In this document: positions 9,734 to 20,465 of the stretch, piece by piece
Numbering within the stretch: the stretch's first letter is position 1
Layout of the letters: each line of letters starts with the position of its first letter
Assembly (NCBI GenBank): GCA_965262915.1
Contig: OZ253564.1
Location: forward strand, 96,001-160,000
Source: Candidatus Spongiisociaceae bacterium
GTDB lineage: Bacteria; Actinomycetota; Acidimicrobiia; Spongiisociales; Spongiisociaceae
Length of the DNA: 64,000 nt
Direction: 5' to 3'
Notes under the pieces: model-generated
The model's input: only the letters and a program-made list of their open reading frames with translations
Told to the model about the DNA's origin: nothing
Databases searched by the model: none
Position numbers and translations under genes: made by a program

Positions 9734-11089
9734 TCAACCCCCCTCGTGGCCCGTGAGGGAGGCGCGTGACTGCCGGTCGTCGGGGCCGACCTCGTAGACC
9801 ACGCTCCGCCGTGTGGCTTCGATATCTGAGGAGTCGAGGTGCTCGTGGATCACGACCCGGGAGGCGCCGCAATCGCCGAACTCGTCACAGCTCAGGACCC
9901 CCGTCACTCCCTGGAATCCGGACAGGTTGTCCAGGTACTCGCGCACGCCGGCCCGGTCGATCACAAGCGTCCCGTCTTGGGACCTCACATAGGATGCGGC
10001 ACTGATCGCGTCCAGGAGCAGGACTGTGGCATCGTAGGCGTGACCCCAGAACGTTCCGGTGGGAGATCCCTCCGCTGTGTCCTCGAAGCGAGTCCGGAGG
10101 CCGGCGGCGCTCTGGCCGGTGGTCTGGTTGGTGTTGTCCCCGAAGCGGGTGTCGGGGCCGGAGACGTAGGTACCCTCGCTCTGGGGCAAGCTCAGGAACC
10201 TGTCGTTGAGCAGGCCGTCAGCCGCTGCGAACACCATCTCCGAGAAGGCGGGCATCTCGGATGCCTGCTCCACCAGGAAGCCGCCGGTGGGCCAGAAGAT
10301 CGGGAAGAAGAGGGCGTCGGGCTCGCCTGCGGCAATCTCCGTGAGAACGGGGACCAGATCCTCGTCCTTGCGGTCGACCTCCCACGTACCGGTGATGGCA
10401 CCGCCCTGCTCCTCGAACGCGTTGGAGAAGGCAGAAGCCAGACCCATCGTGTAAGGGCCTCCGTCGTGAACGACAGCCGCGGACATCACCCCTTCCCCGA
10501 AGAGGAAGTGGGCGACTGATTCACCCTGGATGAGATCGTTGTGGGCGGTCCGGTAGTAGCCGGGGAAATGGCTTCCCCCCTCGTTGCCGGCGAGGTCCGA
10601 TGTGAGCGACGGCGCGGTGTTGGATGGCGAGATCAGGACCATGCCCGCCTTCGTGATGAGAGGGGCTGCCTCCGCGGCCGCCGCCGAACAGTTGGTCCCG
10701 ATCACCCCCACCACATCGCCCTCGGCAACTATCAGCGAACCTGTGATCATGCCGCCTTCCGGGGAACACATGTCGTCTAGACCCACCCCGAGATTGACAT
10801 CGTAACCGTGGATGGGACCGTAGTCCTCGACAGCGAACACGATGGCGCGCTCGGCCGAGTTGCCGAACAGCGTGAGATCACCACCGTTCGTGTAGGCGGA
10901 GCGGATCTGTACCGTCTCGTCTCGAGCAACCTCCACGGTGCCGAGTGAACCATCACCCAGGCTGTCCCTTGGCCAGTCCGCACATGCCGCCCCCACCAAA
11001 CCGAAGGCCGCCAGGGCTATCAGCAGCACACGACGGGGCAGGCGCACTCGGTGATCACAGGTATTGATAATCGCTCGCATGGAGCCCAT
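9734..11089 (-). CDS. Branched-chain amino acid ABC substrate-binding lipoprotein (orphan)
   Basis: Lipobox GAAC; VIGTNCS, ISPSNTAP, YYRTAHND, AYDA; start uncertain. Confidence 0.85.
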   Translation of the reverse strand: MGSMRAIINTCDHRVRLPRRVLLIALAAFGLVGAACADWPRDSLGDGSLGTVEVARDETVQIRSAYTNGGDLTLFGNSAERAIVFAVEDYGPIHGYDVNLGVGLDDMCSPEGGMITGSLIVAEGDVVGVIGTNCSAAAAEAAPLITKAGMVLISPSNTAPSLTSDLAGNEGGSHFPGYYRTAHNDLIQGESVAHFLFGEGVMSAAVVHDGGPYTMGLASAFSNAFEEQGGAITGTWEVDRKDEDLVPVLTEIAAGEPDALFFPIFWPTGGFLVEQASEMPAFSEMVFAAADGLLNDRFLSLPQSEGTYVSGPDTRFGDNTNQTTGQSAAGLRTRFEDTAEGSPTGTFWGHAYDATVLLLDAISAASYVRSQDGTLVIDRAGVREYLDNLSGFQGVTGVLSCDEFGDCGASRVVIHEHLDSSDIEATRRSVVYEVGPDDRQSRASLTGHEGG

Positions 11090-11231
11090 CCTATGGCGGG
11101 AAGCCGCCGAGTCGAAGGCATTCGGTCAGCCCGGCCCCCCTGCCCGTTTCGCATGCTCCGGTCAGCTCGCGGGCGCCTTTCGGTCGCCGAGGCGGCTCGG
11201 ATGGGGACAAGGCCGGTAACGAACCTCGCTG

Positions 11232-12407
11232 CTAACCGAGGGATGCCTCGAACTTGGACACGGCTTCGTCCACCTCGTCCGCGCTGATGACCAGCGGTGG
11301 CGCGAAGCGGACGGTGTCCGCCACCACGTTGTTGACCAGCAAGCCGTTGGCCATCGCGGTCTGCGTGACCTCTGCGGCCCGGTCCGACTCGAGCACCGCG
11401 CCGACCAGCAGTCCCCGACCGCGCACGTCGACCACACCGTCCACAGCCTTGAGGCGCTCCACGAACTGCGCCCCTCTCTCCCGGCAGTTGGCCAGTAGAT
11501 CGCGGTTCTCGATCTCGTCGAGGACCGCCAGGGCGGCCGTGGTTATCACCGGCCCGCCTCCGAATGTGGTGGCGTGGTCGCCGTAGTCGAAGGCGGCAGC
11601 CCGCTCCGTGGAGAGGCACGCACCGATCGGGAGCCCGTTGGCGAGGGCCTTAGCCAGCGTGGCGATGTCCGGCTCCACGCCCAACTGCTGCCAGGAGAAC
11701 CAGGACCCGGTGCGGCCGATTCCCGCCTGGACGTCGTCGAAAATGAGCAGCACCTCGCGCTCGTCGCACAGCGCCCGGAGCGCCTGAAGGTATCGCCGGT
11801 TCAGGGGAACCACCCCTCCTTCACCCTGGGTGGTCTCGACCAGCACCCCCGCGGTCCGGGGCCCCACCGCATCGGCCATGGCATCTATGTCCCCTACCGG
11901 TACCTGGACGAACCCCGGTGGAAGCGGGGCGAAGACCTCTTGCTTGTGGGGCTGGCCGGTGGCGGCGAGAGCGGCCAGGGTCCGGCCGTGGAACGAGTCG
12001 AGCAGCGAGACGACCTCGTGGCAATCCGGCCCGCGCCGCTTCTGGCCCCATCTGCGGGCCAGCTTGATGGCCGCCTCGTTGGCGGTGGCGCCGTCGTTGG
12101 CGAAGAACACCCGGTCCAACCCGGACAGGGCCTTCAGACGTTCGGCCAGTTCCACCTGCGGGACCGTGTAGTAGAGGTTGGACGTGTGGACCAGCTTCGT
12201 CATCTGCCGTGCAACCGCCGCAGCCACCGCGGTGTTGGCGTGCCCGACCGACACCACCGCGATTCCGGCTAGGCAGTCCAGGTAGTCCTTCCCGTCCTCG
12301 TCGTAGAGCCTGCAGCCGTCACCGCGGACGAAGGTGACCGGCGCCCTTCCGTAAGTCTGCAGGATGGCGGCGGCCTCCCGCTCGGCGATGGTCGGGGGGG
12401 GCATCAC
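11232..12407 (-). CDS. argD: Acetylornithine aminotransferase
   Basis: SFHGRT, FDDVQAGIGRTG, TLAKALANG; arg operon context. Confidence 0.93.
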   Translation of the reverse strand: MMPPPTIAEREAAAILQTYGRAPVTFVRGDGCRLYDEDGKDYLDCLAGIAVVSVGHANTAVAAAVARQMTKLVHTSNLYYTVPQVELAERLKALSGLDRVFFANDGATANEAAIKLARRWGQKRRGPDCHEVVSLLDSFHGRTLAALAATGQPHKQEVFAPLPPGFVQVPVGDIDAMADAVGPRTAGVLVETTQGEGGVVPLNRRYLQALRALCDEREVLLIFDDVQAGIGRTGSWFSWQQLGVEPDIATLAKALANGLPIGACLSTERAAAFDYGDHATTFGGGPVITTAALAVLDEIENRDLLANCRERGAQFVERLKAVDGVVDVRGRGLLVGAVLESDRAAEVTQTAMANGLLVNNVVADTVRFAPPLVISADEVDEAVSKFEASLG

Positions 12408-13309
12408 AACTTGTCTCCTGGTGTGATCATCGTTCCGATTCCTTCCGGTGTGAATATCTCCAGTAGCACCGCGTGCTGGATCCGTCCGTCCAGTATGTGG
12501 GCCTGGGGAACGCCCATCTCCAATGCCTCGATACAGGATTCCAGCTTGGGAAGCATCCCGGCCGAGATACTACCGCTCCCCAGTATCTCCCGCAGTTCGC
12601 TCACGAACATGGCTTCGATGAGGCTGTCCTCGTCGTCCAGGTTCCGGTACAGACCCTCCACGTCGGTGAGGTATATGAGCTTGCGGGCCCGCAGCGTCCG
12701 GGCCAAAGCGCCTGCGGCGGTGTCGGCGTTGATGTTGTAGACATTCCCGTCCGCGCCACTCGCCAGGGGGGCTACCACAGGCACAGTGCCCCGGTCGAGC
12801 AGCTCCTCGATCTTTTCCGTGTTCACCCGCTCGATGCGGCCCACGAAACCCAAGTCGGGGTGTCGTTGGCGGGCGGTGAACAAGCCACTGCCGAGACTTC
12901 CGAAACCTTCCGCACGAGTATCGTGACTCTTCAGAAGTCGCACGATGTCGGGGTTGATCTCTCCCGCCAGCGTCGCCCTTACGACTCCGAGCGTCGCCTC
13001 GTCCGTCACCCGCAGGCCGTCCACCCACCGCGGCTCCAAACCGGCCCGGGCCATTGCCCGCGTGATATGCGGTCCGCCTCCGTGAACCACGACCGGCCTC
13101 AGCCCCAGTAGCCCGAGCAGGGTGACGTCACGAGCGAAGCTCGAACGCAGATCGTCGTCCACCATCGCCGAACCGCCGTACTTGATCACCACCGTCTTCC
13201 CGGAGAACTCCTGGATGTAGGGCATTGCCTCGGTGAGGACCCTGGCCTTGGCCATGGCAGAGGCGATGCGTGACCGATGCGGCGTCGGGGCGGTGTGACC
13301 GGTCACCAT
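12404..13309 (-). CDS. argB: Acetylglutamate kinase
   Basis: VIKYGGSAM, VVHGGG, NINAD, GIGTMI. Confidence 0.95.
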   Translation of the reverse strand: MVTGHTAPTPHRSRIASAMAKARVLTEAMPYIQEFSGKTVVIKYGGSAMVDDDLRSSFARDVTLLGLLGLRPVVVHGGGPHITRAMARAGLEPRWVDGLRVTDEATLGVVRATLAGEINPDIVRLLKSHDTRAEGFGSLGSGLFTARQRHPDLGFVGRIERVNTEKIEELLDRGTVPVVAPLASGADGNVYNINADTAAGALARTLRARKLIYLTDVEGLYRNLDDEDSLIEAMFVSELREILGSGSISAGMLPKLESCIEALEMGVPQAHILDGRIQHAVLLEIFTPEGIGTMITPGDKL

Positions 13310-14469
13310 CAGATCCGCACCCCCCCGTCCAGGATCGCGTAGTCGGGCGTCATGTCGTTGGTCAGAATCGTCGCCTTGCCGAGACCGAGGCCCACCCTCA
13401 TCTCGATCGTGAAGTCCCCGGTCATCTGCTTCCGGACACCTTCGACGCTGTGGGCGATCGGTACCCCGTGCCAGGCCACCGTCGTCATGCCGTAGCGGAC
13501 GGTGATGTGGTAGGGCGACACCTCGTGGCCGCTTACCCCGGCCGCGGCGACCAACCTTCCCCAGTTGGGATCCCCCTTGTAGAACGAGGTTCTGACCCGC
13601 ACCGAGTCGGCCACGGCCTTGCCGATGTCCCGGGCAGCGGAATCGTCGGACGCACCCACGATACGCAGGGTCACCACCCTGGATGCGCCTTCGGCGTCCC
13701 TCATCATCTGCATTGCGAGCTTCCGGCAGGCTTCGGTGAGATGACCGGTGAACGCGTCGGGGTCGGGTTCGATCTCGCTCGCTCCCGACGCCATTAGCAC
13801 CACCGTGTCGTTGGTCGACTGGCAGCCGTCGATGTTCAGGCTGTTGAAGGTGACGTCCACCGCCTCCCGTAGCGAGGATGCCAGCACTTCGGGATGGACC
13901 ACCGCGTCGGTGGTCAGGTAGGCAAGCATGGTGGCCACGTCGGGGCGCACCATGCCGGAGCCTTTGGCCATGCCGCCGATTGCGTAGCCCTCGGCGGTCA
14001 CGACTGCCTCTTTGGTAACCGTGTCCGTGGTGAGGATGCCCTTGGCAGCTGCCCCACCATCGTTCGGAGCGCTCCCCAGGGCGGGAATCGCCCGCTCCAA
14101 CCCTTGGTAGATCCTGGGAACGGGCAGCAACTTGCCGATCGGCCCGGTGGTTGACAGGAGAACGTTCCCTTTGGCTATCCCCAGCAGGTCGGCAACTCTC
14201 TCGACCACGCGCGCGGCGGCGGCGCCTCCCGCAGCTCCCGTCGCCGCATTGGCACAGCCTGATACCACCACCACCGCCTGCAGGCGACCGTCGGCTACCG
14301 CGTTCCGGCCCATCTCGATCACGGGTGCGGCGGTCGTAGAGGTGGTGAATACCGCGGCGGCCGGTACCGGAGCCCAGGCGGTGATCATCGCCAAGTCGGC
14401 GGCGCCGGATGGCTTCACTCCGCAGGCGAGCCCGGTGGCGACAAACCCCTGGGCTGCGGTAACGCTCAT
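13309..14469 (-). CDS. argJ: Ornithine acetyltransferase / N-acetylglutamate synthase
   Basis: ILTTDT, KGSGM..P..ATML, STNDT, DAEGA, DPNWGR; start MSVTAAQG overlaps the argC stop. Confidence 0.93.
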   Translation of the reverse strand: MSVTAAQGFVATGLACGVKPSGAADLAMITAWAPVPAAAVFTTSTTAAPVIEMGRNAVADGRLQAVVVVSGCANAATGAAGGAAAARVVERVADLLGIAKGNVLLSTTGPIGKLLPVPRIYQGLERAIPALGSAPNDGGAAAKGILTTDTVTKEAVVTAEGYAIGGMAKGSGMVRPDVATMLAYLTTDAVVHPEVLASSLREAVDVTFNSLNIDGCQSTNDTVVLMASGASEIEPDPDAFTGHLTEACRKLAMQMMRDAEGASRVVTLRIVGASDDSAARDIGKAVADSVRVRTSFYKGDPNWGRLVAAAGVSGHEVSPYHITVRYGMTTVAWHGVPIAHSVEGVRKQMTGDFTIEMRVGLGLGKATILTNDMTPDYAILDGGVRI

Positions 14470-15485
14470 GGAAGCCACCCGGCGGCGGTCAGTCCGGCCC
14501 TCTCGGGAAACCCCAGAGCGAGGTTGGCGCACTGGACGGCCTGGCCTGCTGCGCCCTTGCCGAGGTTGTCGATGGCAACGGTGACGATGGCCCGCCCGCT
14601 GTGGTGGTCTTCGGCGGCGTGGATCAGGGCACGGTTGGACCCCACTACCCAGCGAGTCTGCGGGGGCTGCTCCAAGACATCGACAAAGGGCGCTGTCGTA
14701 TAGGCATCACGGAGGGCGTCGCTAATCGAGCCGGGTTCGAGGAGGTCGGCTGAGCAGGTCGAGAGGATTCCTCTCTGCATGGGGACCAGATGGGGTGTGA
14801 ACTGCACGAAGACCGGATCTCCGGATAGGGCCTCGAGTCCCATCTCGATCTCGGGACGGTGGCGATGGGTGGCTATTCCGTAGGCCTTGACGCTCTCGTC
14901 GACCGCACCGAACGTCAGATGAGCCTTCACTCCCCGTCCTGCTCCGGTGACGCCCGACATCGAGTCGACCACTATCGGGCCGCCGATCACCCCGGCGGCT
15001 AGGAGAGGACCCAGACCGAGCAGCGCGGAAGTCGGGTAGCACCCGGGTACGGCCACCTTGCGGGTCCCGGGAAGGGAACTCCCGAACAGTTCCGGGAGCC
15101 CGTAGACCCAGGTGTCCAGTTCGTCGGGAAGCGGGTGCGGGCTGCCGTAGGCGAACTCGTACCTCTCAGGGCTGTCCATCCGGTAGTCGCTTCCCAGATC
15201 GAAGACGGCCACTCCGGCCTCTGCCAACCGATGTCCCGCTTCCCACGAAGAACCATGCGGCAGGGCCAGAAAGGCTGCGTCCATACCCGTGAGACGATCC
15301 ACATCTATAGGCTCCAGAACCCGCTCCGACCCCGGCAGGTGCGGGTGGACCTCACCGAGGGTAGAACCGGCCTGCGTATAGGCGCCCAGATAGGCAGCCT
15401 CGATCGACGGATGCTCGTCGAGGATACGAACCAACTCGCCTCCCGCGTACCCGGAGGCCCCCAGTATCGCGGCGGCTAGTCCCAT
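14466..15485 (-). CDS. argC: N-acetyl-gamma-glutamyl-phosphate reductase
   Basis: GASGYAG, PGCYPT, SGVTGAG, DNLGKGAAGQAVQ. Confidence 0.95.
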   Translation of the reverse strand: MGLAAAILGASGYAGGELVRILDEHPSIEAAYLGAYTQAGSTLGEVHPHLPGSERVLEPIDVDRLTGMDAAFLALPHGSSWEAGHRLAEAGVAVFDLGSDYRMDSPERYEFAYGSPHPLPDELDTWVYGLPELFGSSLPGTRKVAVPGCYPTSALLGLGPLLAAGVIGGPIVVDSMSGVTGAGRGVKAHLTFGAVDESVKAYGIATHRHRPEIEMGLEALSGDPVFVQFTPHLVPMQRGILSTCSADLLEPGSISDALRDAYTTAPFVDVLEQPPQTRWVVGSNRALIHAAEDHHSGRAIVTVAIDNLGKGAAGQAVQCANLALGFPERAGLTAAGWLP

Positions 15486-15488
15486 AGC

Positions 15489-15522
15489 TGCATGATCATA
15501 CGCGAATCTGCATATTCATGCA
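15489..15522. promoter_or_regulatory. Tandem ARG boxes (ArgR operator)
   Basis: tgcatgatcatacg and tgcatattcatgca, 20 bp apart, immediately upstream of argC; match the actinobacterial TGCAT-n4-ATGCA pattern. Confidence 0.85.
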
Positions 15523-15595
15523 AGAACTGGGAGCGAAACTCAATATGAGCCAGCCGGCACCGTCATCGTCACCCCAGAATCAACCGGACCAAGGA

Positions 15596-16564
15596 CTACC
15601 GGCTACCACCCGCCCTATTGACCGCAGCCATGACCGGCTCCCCGGCGAGGCCGGCCACCACCGACTCCGCAACGTGAAGGCCCGCCTTGTTCTGGGCTTC
15701 CACCGTGGAGGCACCCAGGTGGGGGGTCAGAACGATTTCGCGCAACTCGGTCAGGGGTCCGCCGGTCATCGGTTCGTCGGCGTACACATCGAGAGCCGCG
15801 CCGGCCACCTGCCCTTCACGGATCGCTTCGACGAGAGCTACCTCGTCGATGATCCCGCCCCGGGAGGCGTTCACGATCCGGACACCTCGCTTGGCCTTGC
15901 CGAAAGCCTCACTGCCGAGCAGGTTCTCGGTCTCGGGGGTTCTCGGAAGATGGAGGGAGATGAAGTCCGACTCCGCGAGGAGCAAGTCCAGATCCATGAG
16001 CTCCGCGCCGGCCTGGCGGGCCTGCTCAGCGGTGATGTAGGGGTCGTAGGCCAACACTCTCATGCCGAAGGCCAGAGCCCGCTGTGCCACCAAGGAGCCG
16101 ATCCTCCCCATGCCCACCAAGCCGAGGGTCTTGCCGTGGAGTTCCACTCCCCGGAAGGCGGCGCGGTCCCACCTCCCCGATCGTATCGACGCGTCCGCCC
16201 GCGCGATGTTGCGGGCCTGCGAGAGCATCAGCCCGAAGGCGTGCTCGGCAGCCGAGATGCTGTTGGACAGGGGAGCGTTGACCACCAGGATGCCTCGCCG
16301 GGTGGCCTCCTCGAGGTCGATGTTGTCCACCCCCACTCCGGCCCGACCGACCACCCGCAGTCGGGGAGCAGCCTCCATGAGTTGCTGATCGACTTTGGTA
16401 CCGCTTCGTACCACAAGTCCATCGGCCTCGGACAGGAGTTCGATCAAGCGGGCTCGCGGTTCGCCGACCGCCTCCACTACCTCACAGGTCTCCCGCAGGT
16501 GCTCGGCACAACTTGCCGCCAATACCTCGGCTATTACAACTACCGGCCGTCCGTCCGACCCCAT
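15596..16564 (-). CDS. serA: D-3-phosphoglycerate dehydrogenase, short form without ACT domain
   Basis: RAGVGVDNID, AAEH, GMGRIG, TPHLGASTVEAQ. Confidence 0.8.
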   Translation of the reverse strand: MGSDGRPVVVIAEVLAASCAEHLRETCEVVEAVGEPRARLIELLSEADGLVVRSGTKVDQQLMEAAPRLRVVGRAGVGVDNIDLEEATRRGILVVNAPLSNSISAAEHAFGLMLSQARNIARADASIRSGRWDRAAFRGVELHGKTLGLVGMGRIGSLVAQRALAFGMRVLAYDPYITAEQARQAGAELMDLDLLLAESDFISLHLPRTPETENLLGSEAFGKAKRGVRIVNASRGGIIDEVALVEAIREGQVAGAALDVYADEPMTGGPLTELREIVLTPHLGASTVEAQNKAGLHVAESVVAGLAGEPVMAAVNRAGGSR

Positions 16565-16686
16565 GCTCACAACCCCCTTACAGATCGCCAAGATTCTGCC
16601 CCAACCCCGAATTCCCGACAAGCCAGGAGCATGCGCTCGCCTTCTGCGTCGGCTTCTGGGGTAGGTGGATGCCGATCGAAGGTTAC

Positions 16687-17805
16687 TCAGGCGTCCGGGT
16701 TAACCTCGAGGACGAGAGTGTGGACGGGCTCCCAGGAGGCCGAAACCCGGTCTCCGGTCTGGAAGGCCGACTCCTCCTCGTGGGACATGCGCTGGCTGAC
16801 GAGCCGGCCCAAGCCCGGAACGTCGAGATGGAAGAGGCTCACCGCTCCCAGGTAGATGACCTCTTCCACCGTTCCTTGTACCACCGACCCGTCGGGATGG
16901 GCAGGAGCACCCACCGGAGCCAGAGCTATGCGTTCCGGACGGACCGCCGCCCGAACCGTGGTGCCGACATGCACCGAAGCTCCTACCCGAGCCACCACCC
17001 GGCCTTCGCCGACCGACATCACACCGGTGCCGTCCTGCTTCTGCTGGACCGCCATGTCCATGGCGTTTAGGGAACCGATGAACCCGGCCACAAAGGATGA
17101 GTCCGGGTTCTCGTAGATCTCCCGGGGGGTTCCGATCTGCTCGACCCGGCCCAGGTTCATGACCGCGATGCGGTCGGACATGGTGAGGGCTTCCTCCTGG
17201 TCGTGGGTGACGTAGACGAAGGTGGTGCCCAACTCGTGCTGGATGGCCTTCAACTCCAACTGCATCTCCCGGCGCAGCTTCACGTCTAGAGCGCCGAGGG
17301 GCTCGTCGAGAAGCAGCGCCGAAGGCCGGTTGACCAGTGCCCGGGCCAGAGCCACCCGTTGCTGCTGGCCGCCCGACAGCTGCCAGGGCTTGCGTTTCTG
17401 GTAACCGGGTAGCCGGACTATCTCGAGGATCTCGTCCACTCGTCGCACGCGTTCTTTCTTTCTCACGCCGGCGACGCGCAGCCCGAACATCACGTTTTCC
17501 TCGACGTCCATATGCGGGAACAGCGCGTAGTGCTGGAAGACCATGTTGACGTTGCGCTTGCTGGGCAGATGCCCGCTCACGTCCTCGTCCCGCAGCAGCA
17601 CCCGCCCCGTATCGGGAACCTCGAACCCGGCGATCATCCGCAGGCTGGTCGTCTTGCCACACCCGCTCGGTCCCAGCAACGAGAAGAACTCGCCTTCACG
17701 GATGACGATGTCGACATCGTCGACCGCCACCACCTCACCGAAGGTCTTGGTTATGCCCTCGAGGTGGATCCCGACCTCGGACATCAACGAGGAGCTAGCC
17801 GTCAT
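16687..17805 (-). CDS. Polyamine-type (PotA-like) ABC ATP-binding protein
   Basis: GPSGCGKT, LSGGQQQR, LLDEP, C-terminal TOBE-like region. Confidence 0.92.
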   Translation of the reverse strand: MTASSSLMSEVGIHLEGITKTFGEVVAVDDVDIVIREGEFFSLLGPSGCGKTTSLRMIAGFEVPDTGRVLLRDEDVSGHLPSKRNVNMVFQHYALFPHMDVEENVMFGLRVAGVRKKERVRRVDEILEIVRLPGYQKRKPWQLSGGQQQRVALARALVNRPSALLLDEPLGALDVKLRREMQLELKAIQHELGTTFVYVTHDQEEALTMSDRIAVMNLGRVEQIGTPREIYENPDSSFVAGFIGSLNAMDMAVQQKQDGTGVMSVGEGRVVARVGASVHVGTTVRAAVRPERIALAPVGAPAHPDGSVVQGTVEEVIYLGAVSLFHLDVPGLGRLVSQRMSHEEESAFQTGDRVSASWEPVHTLVLEVNPDA

Positions 17806-19553
17806 GATCCCTCTCCTTGGTGCAGCGTGAAGGTTAACGATGATTCCCGTCCCGGTTCGTGGCAGATGCCGTGCATGGCCGCTATCCCGTCCCAGGTCGG
17901 GGTCGTCGCGGGCAGGTCTCCGGTCTGGGGGTTGACATCGAAAGCCGGGAAGGCGCCGCTGGTGACGTGGAGGCGCAACTGGTCACCCGGGCGGATCAGC
18001 GCGGCGGTGGATTGCATGTGGATCTCCACCTCGGCGACACCGTCCTCGTCCCGGCCCTCGGCCAGGTCCTCGGCCGTCATCCGCCTGATCCCGTCGCTGA
18101 TGTTGAGCGACCTGCCGTTGTGGACCAGGCAGAGCCGGGTGACGTAGTCGGCGGAGACCGCTTCGGTGGCGGTCCACAGCCGGGCAGTGACCGGTCCGGC
18201 AAGGGTAGCCTCTCCGGTGAAGGGCTCGGTCGAGTAGACCAGGATCTCGGGCAACCTCTCCAGGAAATGTTGGCTGCGCGGCCCGGCCGGCATGGCGTTC
18301 TCGTCGCAGCAGGTGTGGCCACCGGCGGCGGCCACCGGGATACGGGGAACGAAGTGGTACAGGTCGGCCGGTTCCGGCTCCTCCGGAGGCGTATCGTCGA
18401 GGCGACCGTCGCCGCCCACCGTGTTGGCCGTTCCATCCGAGCGCAGGTACAGGGTGGTCTCGGTACCCGGCGGGGGCCACGAGGCAATGTCGTGCCAGCG
18501 GTTCTCGAACAGTACGTAGTACCGGGCGCGGCTCTCGTTGGCCTCCGGAGCCTCCCCCGAGAGATGCCGGTGGAAGAAGTCGACCTGCACGCGGTCCAGG
18601 TTCACCGTACCTCTGGCCTGCGGTCCGAGGATCAGGTCTCCGATGCACTCGCCGCCCGGGAGGTGGCCCCACGGACCGATGATCAGCCATTGCTCCGGGC
18701 CGTCCGGCCGTGCGGCCAGTTCTCTGTAGGCGACCAGAGCCCCCTCGAGAAATGTGTCGAACCAGGCGCCGATGTGCAGCACGGCACACTGCACCGAGTC
18801 CATTCGGTGGAGGGCGCTGCGTTCCTTCCAGAAGGCGTCGTTGGTCGGGTGTTCCAGCCACTCCCTGTAGAAGTCGGCGTTCTCCAGCGGCTCGAGATCC
18901 GCCGGCGGCGCCGAGCCGAGCCAGGCGCCGGCCTGCGATGGCACGGACCGTATCGCCTTGCCTCGCGCCGTCAACTGGGGGTCGCCCCGGCGGACGCCGA
19001 TCTCCATCAGCAGAGCAGCCGTCCAGTGGGGGACGAACAGGCGCAGGGCGCCCCCTTCGTAGGTCCAGTGGCTGTAGAGATCGGCGGCGGCCACGGTGGG
19101 GGAAATCGCGCCCAGGCTCGGGGGACCCTCGGCGGCCGCCAGGTACTGCACCATGCCGGGATAGCTGGCGCCGTACATCCCGACCCGTCCGTTCGAACCC
19201 TCGAGCCGGGCTGACCACTCGACGGTGTCGTAACCGTCGGCCAACTCGTTGAGGTAGGGGACGAACTCGCCGTCGGAACCGAACCGGCCCCGCACGTCCT
19301 GGACCACGACCACGAAGCCGTGTCTCACGTACCAGCCCGGGTGCAGGTAGTGGCCGTCGTGTACGAAGTCCTTGCCGTAGGGCGTGCGGTGCAACAGCAC
19401 CGGCCACGGACCGTCACCCAGCGGGCGGTATATGTCGCTTCGGAGAGTGACCCCGTCCCGGGTCTCCATCTCGACATTGCGTTCGAGGTCGACCCCGGCC
19501 CAGGTATGGGTCCGCCTTGAGTAGGGCTGTAGCAACGATGCCTTGTCGGACAT
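17802..19553 (-). CDS. CocE/NonD family serine hydrolase
   Basis: RDGVTLRSD, QDVRGRFGSDG, GASYPG nucleophile motif, GPWGH. Confidence 0.92.
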   Translation of the reverse strand: MSDKASLLQPYSRRTHTWAGVDLERNVEMETRDGVTLRSDIYRPLGDGPWPVLLHRTPYGKDFVHDGHYLHPGWYVRHGFVVVVQDVRGRFGSDGEFVPYLNELADGYDTVEWSARLEGSNGRVGMYGASYPGMVQYLAAAEGPPSLGAISPTVAAADLYSHWTYEGGALRLFVPHWTAALLMEIGVRRGDPQLTARGKAIRSVPSQAGAWLGSAPPADLEPLENADFYREWLEHPTNDAFWKERSALHRMDSVQCAVLHIGAWFDTFLEGALVAYRELAARPDGPEQWLIIGPWGHLPGGECIGDLILGPQARGTVNLDRVQVDFFHRHLSGEAPEANESRARYYVLFENRWHDIASWPPPGTETTLYLRSDGTANTVGGDGRLDDTPPEEPEPADLYHFVPRIPVAAAGGHTCCDENAMPAGPRSQHFLERLPEILVYSTEPFTGEATLAGPVTARLWTATEAVSADYVTRLCLVHNGRSLNISDGIRRMTAEDLAEGRDEDGVAEVEIHMQSTAALIRPGDQLRLHVTSGAFPAFDVNPQTGDLPATTPTWDGIAAMHGICHEPGRESSLTFTLHQGEGS

Positions 19554-19583
19554 CAGACCTCCATTCCTCGACCGGCGGTCATC

Positions 19584-20465
19584 TCACTCCGTATCGGTGT
19601 CGGCCACGCCGAGCAGGCCCGCGGTCTGGCTCAGCACCCGGTAACGGCGCTCGAAGACTCGACGCATCACCTCGGCGCCCACCACCACGAGGAGCGAGAC
19701 GGTCACCACGATCACCGAGATGGCGATGACCTGTGGCACGTCCACCGGGTACTGGAGTTGGGCGAGCACGTAGATCGGGAAGGTGGTCGTGGGACCGCTG
19801 ACGAACACCGCCACCGCGAACTCGTTGAACGAGATGATGAACGAGATCACATACGCCGCCACCAGGGCGGGAGCAATGAGGGGCAGGATGATGGTACGGA
19901 AGGTTCTCCACCCGCTGGCCCCCAAGTCCTGGGCGGCCTCCTCGAGGTGGGCGTCGATGCGTTGCAGGCGGGGTATCAGGATCAGGACGATCAGCGGCAT
20001 CAACACCACCACGTGCCCGATAGCCACGGAGGGAAGGGAAAGGGGAAACTCGAGGGCGCCGTTGGTTATGACTTCAACGCTCTTGAAGGTGATCAGCAAC
20101 GCGACGCCGAACACCAGATGGGGTACCACCAGCGGGCTGAGCACCAGGGCCATGATCGGCCCCTTGGCCTTGAACTTGCGCCTGGCCAGAGGGATGGCCA
20201 TCAGGAGGCCCACCACGGTGGCAGCGGTGCTCGACATCAGGGCAATCGTCGCGCTGGTTCGCATGGAGAGCAGGAGGCCGCGGTTGGTGAGGGCCTCCGT
20301 GTACCAGTCGGTGGTGAACCCGGAGAAGGGGAACCCGATCACCGTGCCCTGGTTGAACGAGAAGATGTAGAGCATGGTGATGGGGGCGTAGAGAAAGATG
20401 ATCTCGAAGACGAATAGCCCTATCAGGGCCCGTTTAGCCCACTTGGAGGTGGCGATGTCGATCAT
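19584..20465 (-). CDS. PotC-like ABC permease
   Basis: Hydrophobic helices; LEEAAQDLGAS EAA loop; true start MIDIATSKW overlaps the upstream stop. Confidence 0.9.
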   Translation of the reverse strand: MIDIATSKWAKRALIGLFVFEIIFLYAPITMLYIFSFNQGTVIGFPFSGFTTDWYTEALTNRGLLLSMRTSATIALMSSTAATVVGLLMAIPLARRKFKAKGPIMALVLSPLVVPHLVFGVALLITFKSVEVITNGALEFPLSLPSVAIGHVVVLMPLIVLILIPRLQRIDAHLEEAAQDLGASGWRTFRTIILPLIAPALVAAYVISFIISFNEFAVAVFVSGPTTTFPIYVLAQLQYPVDVPQVIAISVIVVTVSLLVVVGAEVMRRVFERRYRVLSQTAGLLGVADTDTE